From positions 96,001 through 160,000 of IMG/VR virus record IMGVR_UViG_3300027631_000002: 64,000 nucleotides of DNA, one strand, 5' to 3'. Made by a program: the position numbers and the translations under genes. Shown here one piece after another: positions 38,729 through 48,855 of this stretch; the stretch's first letter is position 1, and each line of letters begins with the position of its first letter. The DNA is from a virus. Below the pieces are notes generated by a model that saw nothing but the letters and a program-made list of their open reading frames with translations, had not been told where the DNA came from and made no database searches.

Positions 38729-40435
38729 ATGTCACACATTAGAATAGATAATCAAAAAGCCATGAAAAAATGGTCTCCAGTGTTGGAAAACATGGGAATT
38801 ACAGGTGATAGAGTAGAATGGATGTCAGAATATGCTGAATTTCACTCAATCAATGAGAATGCGTATGTAAACGCATCAAACGTAGCAGGTATGGGTAATG
38901 TCCTTTCTGCACAACCACAAGCTTATGCAGGACAAACAATCGGTGGTTCTTTGGCTGCAGGAACAATTGGTTCAGGTGATGTTGGTCAAAACTTGTTACC
39001 AGTTGCAATGAAAATTGCAGGTCAAACAATCGGTCTTGACTTAGTTGCTGTTAAACCAACTCCAGGTCCGAAAATCGACTTACTTTATATTGACTTTCAA
39101 TATGATGATACTCGTTTAGGTGCTGCTGATGAGAAACCACAAGTTTTCAAAGCTACAGCAGACCAATTATCTGCAGTACAAATTGCTCTAAGAGCTCAAA
39201 TGACAACTTCTGGTATCGTTGAAACACAAGGTGGTTTACAAGGTCCTAGATTATATGTTGTTGGTATCAATGCTAACTCAACTTTAACTACAAATGAACC
39301 AGCTGGAAAAGCTAATCTTGTTGAATTCTTAGGATTCTCTCGTATCGATGGTTTCCCAATATTCAAAGCTTACAGACAAGCTAATAGTGCAAATGGTTAT
39401 GCTGCTGGTGGTTCTGCTGCTGCAACTTGGGATTTTGATACTACAAGAAATACATTTGGACCAACTCAAGCAATGACTACTGCAATTGGATCATTAGCAG
39501 GTGTTACTGTATCTAACGTTTCAATCTCATTAGTATCTGCATTAGAAGATCACATTCCTGGTTTCTCTGCTAACTGGTACGGACCTTCAACTCAAACTGC
39601 TGGTGCTTACCCAATGGACAGACAGACAGATGATGATTCTTACTCAGGAGTTATTGGACCAAAAATCTCTTCTAAAACAGTTGCTGTTGGTACTATTGAA
39701 GTATCTTCTGCACTTAGAAGAACTGAGATTGAAGACATCAAAGCTAACACAGGTATGGATATCGTTCAAAAAATGGAATCAATCCTTGTTAATGAATTGT
39801 CTCAAACAATCTCTAAACAAATTGTTAATAAAATCTTCGAAATGGGAGATTTGAATAGAACTAATGCACCTTTAGCAGGAAGTACTTACTCTAATGCTAT
39901 CACTAATCAAACTTTGTTTGACTTAGATACTAAATATGCAGGAGCTTCAAATGGTCCTGGTGGTGAAACTACTCACGCTGTACAAAGAAAATTGATCACG
40001 AAAATTGCTCATGCTTCTAACTACATCGCAACAGAAGGACGTGTTGGGCCAGCTCAATACTTAATCACAAATGGAGGTTTAGCAGCAGCTTTACAAGATA
40101 TCGCTGGATACACAATCAATCCATTGAAATCTAAAATGAACTCTCAAGGTCAATTGTACCCAGTAGGTTCAATCGGAGACATCTCTATCTATGTTGATCC
40201 ATACATGAGATATAACGATAACAGAATCGTTTTAGGAAGAAAAAATAATCCTGATCAACCAGGTATTATTTTCGTACCTTACTTAATGGCTCAGTCAATT
40301 AGCATCATCTCTGAGGCTACATTCGCACCAAGAATGTTACTTAGATCAAGATATGCAGTAACTGAAGTTGGATGGTACCCACAAAAACAGTTCATGACTA
40401 TCAAAGTTTCTGATACTCTAGGATTACTTAACTAA
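38729..40435 (+). CDS. Major capsid protein, T4 gp23-like
   Basis: KKWSPVLE, LLPVAMKI..QTIGLDLVAVKP, NYIA...R.G, YVDPY, PYL, RY; strong codon bias. Confidence 0.9.
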   Translation: MSHIRIDNQKAMKKWSPVLENMGITGDRVEWMSEYAEFHSINENAYVNASNVAGMGNVLSAQPQAYAGQTIGGSLAAGTIGSGDVGQNLLPVAMKIAGQTIGLDLVAVKPTPGPKIDLLYIDFQYDDTRLGAADEKPQVFKATADQLSAVQIALRAQMTTSGIVETQGGLQGPRLYVVGINANSTLTTNEPAGKANLVEFLGFSRIDGFPIFKAYRQANSANGYAAGGSAAATWDFDTTRNTFGPTQAMTTAIGSLAGVTVSNVSISLVSALEDHIPGFSANWYGPSTQTAGAYPMDRQTDDDSYSGVIGPKISSKTVAVGTIEVSSALRRTEIEDIKANTGMDIVQKMESILVNELSQTISKQIVNKIFEMGDLNRTNAPLAGSTYSNAITNQTLFDLDTKYAGASNGPGGETTHAVQRKLITKIAHASNYIATEGRVGPAQYLITNGGLAAALQDIAGYTINPLKSKMNSQGQLYPVGSIGDISIYVDPYMRYNDNRIVLGRKNNPDQPGIIFVPYLMAQSISIISEATFAPRMLLRSRYAVTEVGWYPQKQFMTIKVSDTLGLLN

Positions 40436-40454
40436 TTATTAGTTATAATATTTC

Positions 40455-40483
40455 AAAAAAAGACCCAATTGGGTCTTTTTTTG
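40455..40483 (+). terminator. Intrinsic terminator after the capsid gene
   Basis: aaaaaaagacccaattgggtcttttttt. Confidence 0.8.
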
Positions 40484-40507
40484 TTTTATATAAATAATAT
40501 ATACAAT

Positions 40508-40900
40508 ATGAAATTAAAGAAATATTCACAGTTTAATGAATCTAAAAAAGATAAATTTCCTAATATTAAAAAAATGGAAGTTGATGGATTTATTATTCAT
40601 TTAGGTAAAGATGCCAGATCTAATGATCATTTAACATTTAATGTTGCTAATAATGATGACTTATGGATGCACGTAAAAGGTGTTCCAGGAAGTCATGTAG
40701 TTATTGTTGTTAAAGATAATATACCTACTCCAGAAGTTATTAAAAAAGTTGCTGAAATTGCAAAAGATAATAGTAAGGCAAAAGGTACTGATAAAGCTAC
40801 AGTGGTTTATTGTAAACGTCGTTTCGTTTCAAAAAAATCAGGTATGAATGACGGACAAGTTATGGTTGATTATAAAAATGCACATGAAGTCACTATATAA
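40508..40900 (+). CDS. NFACT-R (DUF814, RqcH/Rqc2 RNA-binding) domain protein with capsid-targeting-like leader
   Basis: GKDARSNDHLT, DLWMHVKGVPGSHVVI, VVYC..RFVSK..G...GQV; leader MKLKKYSQFNES. Confidence 0.85.
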   Translation: MKLKKYSQFNESKKDKFPNIKKMEVDGFIIHLGKDARSNDHLTFNVANNDDLWMHVKGVPGSHVVIVVKDNIPTPEVIKKVAEIAKDNSKAKGTDKATVVYCKRRFVSKKSGMNDGQVMVDYKNAHEVTI

Positions 40901-40933
40901 TTTTAATATATAATAAAAATAAAAACATTCTAA

Positions 40934-42310
40934 ATGGCAAATGATTATAAAATGAAATATGAAGATGAAATAAAGATCGCATTTTCTGCTAGGTTAGTAA
41001 AACTTCTAACTACAATGGAAGATGATCATGATGATTATATTGCATATGAACTTAACTGGATGGCAGATCCTAGGTCTAAATATGCCAATGATATGAATAT
41101 ATCAAGATTGGATATCTCTGATTCAGATTATTTCTTTGATGCTATAATAGGTGGAAGAAGACAATATATCAAAATTGGAACATTTTTAAGAAGTTATTTC
41201 CCTGGCGTTTATGACGAAGAAAGTATTAGAAAATTCTCTACTACTATTGTAAATCTTAAAAAGGGAGTAAAAGTTGCAGTACAACCAGTTGGTACACCAA
41301 TTGAACATAAGCCATTTGTTTATAATCCTAAAGATGTTCGTTCAACATTCTTATCATTAGTAACAAAAACTTATCCAATGGGTCATGAAACTGAGGTTTT
41401 AGAGTTTTTACCAGACTTAGAATTAGATAAATTTGGGAATTATTATAAAGTAATTGCCGGAGATGATACTACAATGTTTACATCTCACTTAGATACTGCA
41501 GATAGAGCTCAATTACCTACTAAACTTCTATCAAAAATAGAAGATGGTGATGAGTATATTTATACTGATGGTACATCCATATTAGGTGCTGATGATAAAG
41601 CAGGAGTTGCAGTAATGTTATATATGATGGAAAATAAAATACCAGGTATTTATTACTTCTTTATCGGAGAAGAAAGAGGTGGTATTGGTTCAAGAGATTT
41701 GGCAAGTGAATATAATTCATTTGAGTTTCTAAAAAATGTTAAGAAGTGTGTTTCTTTTGATAGAAGAAAAACTGGTTCAGTTATTACTTCTCAATATGGT
41801 AGAGTTTGTTGTTCAAACGAATTTGCTACAGCACTTTGTAAAGAATATAACAAAAGTGGATTAAACTTATCTACTGATCCAACAGGAGTATTTACCGATT
41901 CTGCATCATTTATAGATGATATATCAGAATGTACTAACGTATCTGTTGGATATAATAACGAGCATACATTTAGAGAGATTCAAAATATGACTTATTTAGA
42001 GAAATTAGCAAAAGCTTCTTTAAAAGTAAATTGGTCACAATTACCTTCAGTAAGAAAAGTAGGTATAAATGAAGAATTATTAAGAAGACATAAAACTTTG
42101 ATTGATACTGTTAAAAAATCTATATTTGGGTTAGATGTTAAAGTAGTTGGTGTACAAGATAAAATATTTATTAAAATAGATTTAGATCTTGCTGATGTTA
42201 AAACTATTTTTGATACATTATCACAAGTACAAGGTTTATTATATAAACATAGAACCGCAGATCCTTATGTTGTTTTTGACGAAACAACCATCAAAATAGA
42301 ATTAAAATAA
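40934..42310 (+). CDS. M28/M20-like zinc peptidase with N-terminal KIGxFL domain
   Basis: SHLDT, LGADDKAG, GEE, SFDRR, TDSA, NEHT. Confidence 0.75.
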   Translation: MANDYKMKYEDEIKIAFSARLVKLLTTMEDDHDDYIAYELNWMADPRSKYANDMNISRLDISDSDYFFDAIIGGRRQYIKIGTFLRSYFPGVYDEESIRKFSTTIVNLKKGVKVAVQPVGTPIEHKPFVYNPKDVRSTFLSLVTKTYPMGHETEVLEFLPDLELDKFGNYYKVIAGDDTTMFTSHLDTADRAQLPTKLLSKIEDGDEYIYTDGTSILGADDKAGVAVMLYMMENKIPGIYYFFIGEERGGIGSRDLASEYNSFEFLKNVKKCVSFDRRKTGSVITSQYGRVCCSNEFATALCKEYNKSGLNLSTDPTGVFTDSASFIDDISECTNVSVGYNNEHTFREIQNMTYLEKLAKASLKVNWSQLPSVRKVGINEELLRRHKTLIDTVKKSIFGLDVKVVGVQDKIFIKIDLDLADVKTIFDTLSQVQGLLYKHRTADPYVVFDETTIKIELK

Positions 42311-42311
42311 T

Positions 42312-42902
42312 ATGATACAAAAGTATAAAAGATTTACAGAAAGAGTTGATGATGATGCCTGGGAAGGTACAGATCAAGATTGGAATGATGATTGGGCGGG
42401 TGGTTCTAGAAAGAGCAATTCTTTAGGATCTCGTTTTGATATGTCTGGTGAAATACCGGATGATGATGAAGATTTCTATGATAGTGAATACTATGGTGGT
42501 GCAGCTCATAACTTTGATCATTATGATAATAAAGATGGTGATAAAGATAGAGATCCAGATTTATCTGATGAGGATATAGAAGATGATGATATGGAACACT
42601 TAAAGTACTTATTAAGAGGTATGTTTAAAAACAAAGGTATTGAAAATGTTTCTATTACTAATGATAATTTAGACTTATCTATTAGATGTTCTATGGGTCA
42701 TAGAGAAAGATTAAGTGATGTAATAAATGTTTTTGATCTTTTAAATAAATTAAAAATGGATATTCTACCTCAATATGATTCAGAATTTGATATGTGGGAA
42801 AATCAAAGAGGTCAAACTTTAGAATTTGGATTCTATTATGATGAAGGATTAAATGATGATACTGATGAAGATTTTGGAGAAGATGATGAAAGTCCATTTT
42901 AA
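42312..42902 (+). CDS. Very acidic protein with capsid-targeting-like leader
   Basis: MIQKYKRFTE; Asp/Glu-rich. Confidence 0.6.
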   Translation: MIQKYKRFTERVDDDAWEGTDQDWNDDWAGGSRKSNSLGSRFDMSGEIPDDDEDFYDSEYYGGAAHNFDHYDNKDGDKDRDPDLSDEDIEDDDMEHLKYLLRGMFKNKGIENVSITNDNLDLSIRCSMGHRERLSDVINVFDLLNKLKMDILPQYDSEFDMWENQRGQTLEFGFYYDEGLNDDTDEDFGEDDESPF

Positions 42903-42932
42903 TTTTGTATATTTGTAAAAAATTAAACAATT

Positions 42933-44210
42933 ATGGCAAAAAATGAAAGTATAAATCCTTTAGATATAAAGGATACTTTTTTGAAACTAACTGAATATAC
43001 AATTCCTTATGGTGATGAAACTAAATTGGAAAAATATCTACCAAAAGGATATAAAAAAGATTCTATTGGTAACTATTATATTCAAGTAGGTAATTCAGAA
43101 ACATTGTTCACAACACACTTAGATACTTATTGTACTAAATATGAAAAGGTAAATCACGTTATTGAAGGTGATATTATTAAAACCGATGAAACAACCATAT
43201 TAGGTGGTGATAATAAATTAGGAATGTGTATTCTATTATACATGATTTCTAAAGGAATACCTGGAACTTATTACTTCTTCTTGGGAGAAGAACCAATTTT
43301 AAGTGGTGGTTTATGGGGATCACAAAATGCTTTAAAAGCAAATCCAGAATTCTTCAAAAAATTTAAAAGAGCAGTTGCATTTGATAGAAAACAAACAGGT
43401 TCTGTTGTTCTAAGACAGAAAGGTAGATTTTGTTGTTCTATTGATTTTGCAGATGCTTTATCAGATGAACTAACTAATCTAGGAGTTGAGTCTAAACCAG
43501 ATCCAAACGCTTATTATACAGATACTGCTACTTTCTTAGACATTATTCCAGAATGTACTAACATTAGTGCTGGCGGATGGAATGAACACTATAAAACAGA
43601 GTATGTAGATTTATCCTACACTAAAAAAGTTGCAGAAGCTGCTTGTAAAATTGATTGGGAAAACTTACCAACTGAAAGAAAAGTAACTTATTTTGAACCA
43701 AAATATAAAATTGAACCAAGACATCGTTTCTCTAATAAGAGTGTCGTAAAAGAAGTTAAATTTATTTTAAATAAATATGACTTATTACACACAAATACAT
43801 TAGAGTATGATACTTATAACACTGATACTCTTGTATTTAATACTTGGTTTGAAGATATTGGTATTAAAGTAACCATTTTAGATGATATTTTAGTTCAAAT
43901 CGAAGGTCAAAAAGATGTTAAATTTGATTTCAAAGATGTTAAAAAATTAAATACATATTTAGGAAATCTATTTGGTATTGATATTAGTCCAGATGATTAT
44001 AAGATGATGATCTTTAATGACGACTCGGTGAGCGTATTAGGGATGCGTTTTAAGAGCTTTGAAGAGTATGTTAAATACTTTGATAGTATAAACACGGATG
44101 ATACGTCATATGTCATTAAAAAAGGTGGTGAACAATATAAAGAGTATTATGGTGATGTGATACCAAAAGAACTAGTTATTAAGTGGTTTACTGATAATGT
44201 TCTTGAATAA
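42933..44210 (+). CDS. Second M28/M20-like zinc peptidase
   Basis: THLDT, LGGDNKLG, GEE, AFDRK, TDTA, NEHY; paralogue of 40934..42310. Confidence 0.75.
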   Translation: MAKNESINPLDIKDTFLKLTEYTIPYGDETKLEKYLPKGYKKDSIGNYYIQVGNSETLFTTHLDTYCTKYEKVNHVIEGDIIKTDETTILGGDNKLGMCILLYMISKGIPGTYYFFLGEEPILSGGLWGSQNALKANPEFFKKFKRAVAFDRKQTGSVVLRQKGRFCCSIDFADALSDELTNLGVESKPDPNAYYTDTATFLDIIPECTNISAGGWNEHYKTEYVDLSYTKKVAEAACKIDWENLPTERKVTYFEPKYKIEPRHRFSNKSVVKEVKFILNKYDLLHTNTLEYDTYNTDTLVFNTWFEDIGIKVTILDDILVQIEGQKDVKFDFKDVKKLNTYLGNLFGIDISPDDYKMMIFNDDSVSVLGMRFKSFEEYVKYFDSINTDDTSYVIKKGGEQYKEYYGDVIPKELVIKWFTDNVLE

Positions 44211-44256
44211 TAAAAAAAAATAAAGCCAAAAACTAAACTTTTTGGCTTTTTTAATC

Positions 44257-44265
44257 TAATATATA
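44257..44265 (+). promoter_or_regulatory. Putative late promoter TAATATATA (this copy precedes tmRNA)
   Basis: Same motif at 17328, 26885, 40495, 40904, 54938 and 55854 (+), and 7436, 15205, 21847, 25012, 53757, 54565, 59107 and 61872 (-), each shortly upstream of a gene start. Confidence 0.7.
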
Positions 44266-44276
44266 AACAAACAATT

Positions 44277-44653
44277 GGGGATGTAATAGCATTGATTCTT
44301 GGTTGATTAATAATTATGCAAGTATCGGGTGGCCTACAATGACCGATTAATAAATTAGATGGTACAATTTTAAACGGCAACGTTAATCAAGTAGGAACAA
44401 GTGAAGATTTAGTAGCTTGCTTACAAAACAATTTGATCTCTAACAGAGATTTAGTAGTAGCTTAATCAAATAAGACTAATACACCAAAAATTCTACAGCT
44501 GTGGTCACCAGTTTAAAAGTGAAACTTTTTTATTAGTACTTTGAGATTCAAAAACTGATTATTTTGTAAGACTTAGAAAAACTTACTAAACTTGTAAACG
44601 AATAATTTGCGATGACTAAAAAGACACGTGAGGCAGTATCACGTCATCTCCAC
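44277..44653 (+). ncRNA. ssrA: tmRNA
   Basis: 5' GGGGATG pairs with 3' CATCTCC-A with G3.U70; T-arm cgtga-GGCAGTA-tcacg; resume codon after taaac; tag ORF 44376..44465. Confidence 0.85.
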
Positions 44654-44656
44654 AAC

Positions 44657-44686
44657 AAAAAAACCCACTCATGAGTGGGTTTTTTT
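44657..44686 (+). terminator. Intrinsic terminator after tmRNA
   Basis: aaaaaaacccactcatgagtgggtttttt. Confidence 0.85.
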
Positions 44687-44701
44687 ATAATATATAAAAT
44701 T

Positions 44702-45211
44702 ATGATAACAAAATTTGATGGTAGATATGGGTTCTTATCCAATTTCTACCCGTGTAAAATAGAATACCAAGGTATTACATACAATAGTGTTGAAACATAC
44801 TATGTTGCTATGAAGTGTAATAATGACCAAATGATTGATGGTAAATACTATACTGCTGCTGATTTTAGAGAACTGGTTGCTAATATGGCACCTGGTAAAG
44901 CTAAACAATTGGGCAAGGTTATAAAAGTACGTTCTGAGTGGGATTCAAAGAAGTTGGGTTTTATGGAATGGGCAGTTAAAGAGAAGTTCAAAGATGAAAC
45001 ATTAAAAGAAATGTTACTAATGACTGAAGATAAAGATATTATTGAAGGTAATTATTGGCACGATGTCTATTGGGGTCAATGTACTTGTGAAAAGTGTGTT
45101 GGTAAAGGTAAAAATAAATTAGGTAAACTTCTAATGGATATAAGAAGTGAATTAAATGGTACTAAAAAACCAAATCTTTTTGATGTTTTATTTAAAGACA
45201 AAAAAGCTTAG
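44702..45211 (+). CDS. NADAR (YbiA-like) family protein
   Basis: FLSNFY, SVE.YY.A.K, AKQLG, W......M....KF, IIEGN.WHD.YWG, G.NKLGKLLM.IR. Confidence 0.9.
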   Translation: MITKFDGRYGFLSNFYPCKIEYQGITYNSVETYYVAMKCNNDQMIDGKYYTAADFRELVANMAPGKAKQLGKVIKVRSEWDSKKLGFMEWAVKEKFKDETLKEMLLMTEDKDIIEGNYWHDVYWGQCTCEKCVGKGKNKLGKLLMDIRSELNGTKKPNLFDVLFKDKKA

Positions 45212-45228
45212 ATTTCTCTAAGCTTTTT

Positions 45229-46368
45229 TTAATTTCTGTTATCTTCATATCTACCATTAGTTGCTCTAAGTCTCATAGAATAACCTTTAGGTGGGTAAGA
45301 TTGTAATATACCTTTAGAATAATCATCTTCTAACACCTCTGTTTTACGATTAAATAGATTTAATGTAAGAACTTCTACTGGTTGTTCAACAATAACTTTC
45401 TTTTGATAAAAAGTTAAGTACATAAATGTATCTAAATAAGGCCACTCATCAATATCAGTAGTATCCAAATCAATGAATAGTTTCATTGATGTGTTTAAAA
45501 CATCATTAAATGATAAATATCCTTCTTTTTCTCTAACCTCGTCAAATTTAGATAAAACCCATTCATCACAAATATAAGGTTTGTCCATTATCTTTTGTCC
45601 ACAATTAGTCGTCCATACTAAACATCTACCAACAAACTTATCAAACATTTTAATTGCAACCATACTGATCTTATCCGGATTCTTTGTATAAAGATCTAAA
45701 AAACTTAATTTATCTGTCATACAAGAACCACCTAATGATGATTTAGATGCTTGATAGTTTTCTCTTTTATATCCTTCTAAGATTTGTTTACCTGTTAAAT
45801 ACTCAACTCTAATATGATCACCTGTCTGATATGAAACATAATCATTATGACTTTTCTCTATTTTTTTATTATCAAATAAAGACTCTATTTTAAATATATC
45901 TGTATATTGTTTGAAGAATGAAGTTAAAAATCTACCAAATTTTAAATCAGTACTTCTATTTTTTTCAGAATTTACTAATCTAATCATTCCTTTAGTTTCA
46001 GATATATCAAACTTATTATAATCTGGAAACATCCTTTTATCTTCTATCGAAAGAATATCAATTCTTTTACTTTGAAAAAAAGTAATTAGTTTTTTGGATA
46101 TTTCAAATTTATCTTTTAAGTTTTCAACACCATTTAGACCTAGTATAACTACACCATCAGTAAGTGATCCATCATATTCTTGTTTAAATGCCCAAGAGTA
46201 AATATAACCTAGTCTATCGGCGGCTTGATTTCCTGATTTTTCTGGTTCATTATGACAAATATAGTAGTATGGATCCTCTTGTTGAATTTTACCTTCAATT
46301 TGCACACCATCTACAATTGCAATTACTCTACTACCTGGTTTGTACTCAATCCCTTTATATATAAGCAT
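45229..46368 (-). CDS. GSCM...GRCLVW...MD domain protein
   Basis: KFGRFL, LGGSCMT, GRCLVW, IMDKPY, WPYLDTF; TAnnTTTG promoter at 46391(-). Confidence 0.65.
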   Translation of the reverse strand: MLIYKGIEYKPGSRVIAIVDGVQIEGKIQQEDPYYYICHNEPEKSGNQAADRLGYIYSWAFKQEYDGSLTDGVVILGLNGVENLKDKFEISKKLITFFQSKRIDILSIEDKRMFPDYNKFDISETKGMIRLVNSEKNRSTDLKFGRFLTSFFKQYTDIFKIESLFDNKKIEKSHNDYVSYQTGDHIRVEYLTGKQILEGYKRENYQASKSSLGGSCMTDKLSFLDLYTKNPDKISMVAIKMFDKFVGRCLVWTTNCGQKIMDKPYICDEWVLSKFDEVREKEGYLSFNDVLNTSMKLFIDLDTTDIDEWPYLDTFMYLTFYQKKVIVEQPVEVLTLNLFNRKTEVLEDDYSKGILQSYPPKGYSMRLRATNGRYEDNRN

Positions 46369-46418
46369 ACTTTTCTATTTTTTATCTTGACAAAAGTAAT
46401 AAAAAAAAATTATATACC

Positions 46419-46444
46419 AAACATTTTCCAATAAAATTATATAA
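46419..46444 (+). promoter_or_regulatory. Putative phage early/middle promoter AAAC-N16/17-ATATAA
   Basis: Also at 9866, 28405, 56570, 60272, 61890 and 63448 (+), with close variants upstream of the clamp loader and M42 peptidase (-). Confidence 0.6.
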
Positions 46445-46462
46445 TAATAAAAACTATATAAA

Positions 46463-47428
46463 ATGAGCGTCATAAGCTATTTCGGAGGCAAGGCAAACTT
46501 TCAATCCTTTATCACACCTAACATTCCAACGGATTGTAAAACATACATCGAACCATTTTCTGGTTCATTCGCAATATATTTAGATTCTAATTTAGAGTTT
46601 ACTAATGTTGTATTTAATGATAGAAACAGACATCAAGCAAATCTAATGAAATGTTGTTCTCAACCACAAGATTTCTTAGTAGAACTTAAATCCTTATTAG
46701 CACCAGGTGGTTTACTTCACACAACTGAAACAGAATTAGATAAAAAATGGGATTTCTATAAAGCAATTTATAGAACTTATGTTACTAATGATTTCTTAGA
46801 TGATATGAACTTTGAGATTGGTGATTTTAAAGTAGGTGCGATTTATGCTTTCTTAATTACATCAAGTTTCAGTTCTGTTTATCCTAGAGGTGGTGGATTT
46901 ACTGGATTTAAGAAAAAAACAAACAAATTAAATCTTTTAATTCTAATCAATAAATTAGAAAAAAACAAATACACTGAAAGGTTACAAAAAATTACTAACT
47001 TTCATAATTTAGACTTTGAAGATGTTATCACAATGTATGATGCAGAAGATACTTATATGTATTTAGACCCACCTTACGCTCGTTTTAATGACTTAAAAAA
47101 CGATGATGATGGTAGAAGATTATTTTGGTATGGTTGTGACACAGAGAACACCTTTGGGATTTCTTCACATAGACGTTTATTAGAATTATTAAAGAGTTCT
47201 AAAAGTAGATGGTCATTATCATATTACTATTTTCCTTTATTGGAAGAGTTATTACCAAGAGATGAGTATTTTTGGACTTCAAAAGAATTTCATAGACCAT
47301 CTGCAGTAATTAAGAATAAAGTAGAGGGAGTTGAGAAAGAAAAGGGTATTGAATTATTGATTATGAACTATGATCCAGAAACTGGAAAAATGTTAAATAT
47401 AAAAGAAGAAATAAAAGAGGATTTATAA
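46463..47428 (+). CDS. DNA adenine methyltransferase (Dam/D12 class)
   Basis: YFGGK, YIEPFSGS, NDRN, YLDPPY, ELLIMNY. Confidence 0.85.
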   Translation: MSVISYFGGKANFQSFITPNIPTDCKTYIEPFSGSFAIYLDSNLEFTNVVFNDRNRHQANLMKCCSQPQDFLVELKSLLAPGGLLHTTETELDKKWDFYKAIYRTYVTNDFLDDMNFEIGDFKVGAIYAFLITSSFSSVYPRGGGFTGFKKKTNKLNLLILINKLEKNKYTERLQKITNFHNLDFEDVITMYDAEDTYMYLDPPYARFNDLKNDDDGRRLFWYGCDTENTFGISSHRRLLELLKSSKSRWSLSYYYFPLLEELLPRDEYFWTSKEFHRPSAVIKNKVEGVEKEKGIELLIMNYDPETGKMLNIKEEIKEDL

Positions 47429-47441
47429 TCCTCTTTTTTAT

Positions 47442-48143
47442 TTATTTACTTAACTTCTCTAAATCATCTTTTTCTTTCTCAGTTAAAGAACTCATACCGA
47501 ATTTACTTATCTTATCAAGTATATCATCTAATTCTTTTGGTTCTTGCATATCATCTAGTTTACTACCAACCTTACCAAATGCTTCTAAACTATCTTCTTT
47601 GTCTCTTAGATTTGAAGTTCTTGGATCTAATCCTTTAAATAATTCTCCTAAATCTTTAAGATCTTTCATAAATTGTCTATCATCCTCAATTTCATCATCA
47701 ATCTTTTTAATAAATGAAATCATTTTCTTAGTTGTATCTATTGCGTTTTGTAATACTTTATTTGCTTCTTCTTCTTTACCTTCTGCAACTTTAATATTCT
47801 CTATTTTTAATAGATCTAGAATAGAGTCTGATAATTGATAAACATCAACACCAGTTCTTGATTTTATTAAATCAGAAAGTGATGTTTTATTTGCCATTTC
47901 TTTTTGATTTTTAGTAAAATGATATTTAATAGTATCAAATACTGAATAATCAAATAGTTCAAACATTTTATTCTCAAAATCGTTTTCCACTTTTTTATCT
48001 TTAAAAGTAAATGGTATATAAGTACCTTTTATTCTTTTAATAATAGATTGTATAAATCCACTTGTATTAAGTAATGCTTTTAATACAAATTGTGTAATTT
48101 TACCTTCATTTAGAAAGTCGTCATATTTCTTAATTCTACTCAT
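47442..48143 (-). CDS. Hypothetical protein with capsid-targeting-like leader and C-terminal LDDILDKIS.FGMSSLT.KEK motif
   Basis: MSRIKKYDDFLNE. Confidence 0.6.
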   Translation of the reverse strand: MSRIKKYDDFLNEGKITQFVLKALLNTSGFIQSIIKRIKGTYIPFTFKDKKVENDFENKMFELFDYSVFDTIKYHFTKNQKEMANKTSLSDLIKSRTGVDVYQLSDSILDLLKIENIKVAEGKEEEANKVLQNAIDTTKKMISFIKKIDDEIEDDRQFMKDLKDLGELFKGLDPRTSNLRDKEDSLEAFGKVGSKLDDMQEPKELDDILDKISKFGMSSLTEKEKDDLEKLSK

Positions 48144-48148
48144 ATTTT

Positions 48149-48853
48149 TTATTGATTTTTTAGTTTTCTGTCTAATAATTTGGCAATATTTGAACCAATT
48201 AAGTAGTGTATATTTTTAATTCCATCTACTTCAATTGTTTCTATTTCATCCATAAATCTAAATTGGAATTTATATTTATCTTGATCTTCTGGATTTTCGG
48301 TTAAATCTTTATCGATTTTGTGTATTGATAATTCGATATCATAACTATTGTTAATATTCATTTTAAAGTCAAATGTGGTTTTATCACAAGAAACCATTTT
48401 AAACTTTGGTTCATACTCTACTTCAAATACTGAATACTCTGTAATTTTTGCTCTTTTCATATAATAATTTAAGAACATCGCAGGAGCTTCAATAAAGTCG
48501 GACAGTATTTGTATATCTTCTCCAAAGTTATTTGACTCAATAATATCATCAATTTTCTTTTTCATATCAATAATACTAGTAAATTCTATCCTATGATAAA
48601 CACAGTTTATATCATAAAGATATAAAAATGAATTATCAATAATATTTCTTTTATTTAGATCAGTTTTAAAGATAAATTTAGTGTGTATAATAGATATGTC
48701 TTCAGTTGATAAACCATGTAAGCAAATTACAAGTTTTAAGAACTGTTCATCATCTGATTTTTCATACACTGTATCGATTGATGTAACAACACCATCTTCT
48801 TCACTGAAAATCTCTTTAAATGCTTCTTCTATTTCTGATATTCTAATGTTCAT
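48149..48853 (-). CDS. Hypothetical protein
   Basis: ORF track. Confidence 0.6.
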   Translation of the reverse strand: MNIRISEIEEAFKEIFSEEDGVVTSIDTVYEKSDDEQFLKLVICLHGLSTEDISIIHTKFIFKTDLNKRNIIDNSFLYLYDINCVYHRIEFTSIIDMKKKIDDIIESNNFGEDIQILSDFIEAPAMFLNYYMKRAKITEYSVFEVEYEPKFKMVSCDKTTFDFKMNINNSYDIELSIHKIDKDLTENPEDQDKYKFQFRFMDEIETIEVDGIKNIHYLIGSNIAKLLDRKLKNQ

Positions 48854-48855
48854 AA

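Noticed and set aside
44277-44653. tRNA-Ala gene
   Set aside because: The acceptor halves are about 370 nt apart with an internal tag ORF, which fits tmRNA. No standard tRNA or rRNA genes were seen in the window.
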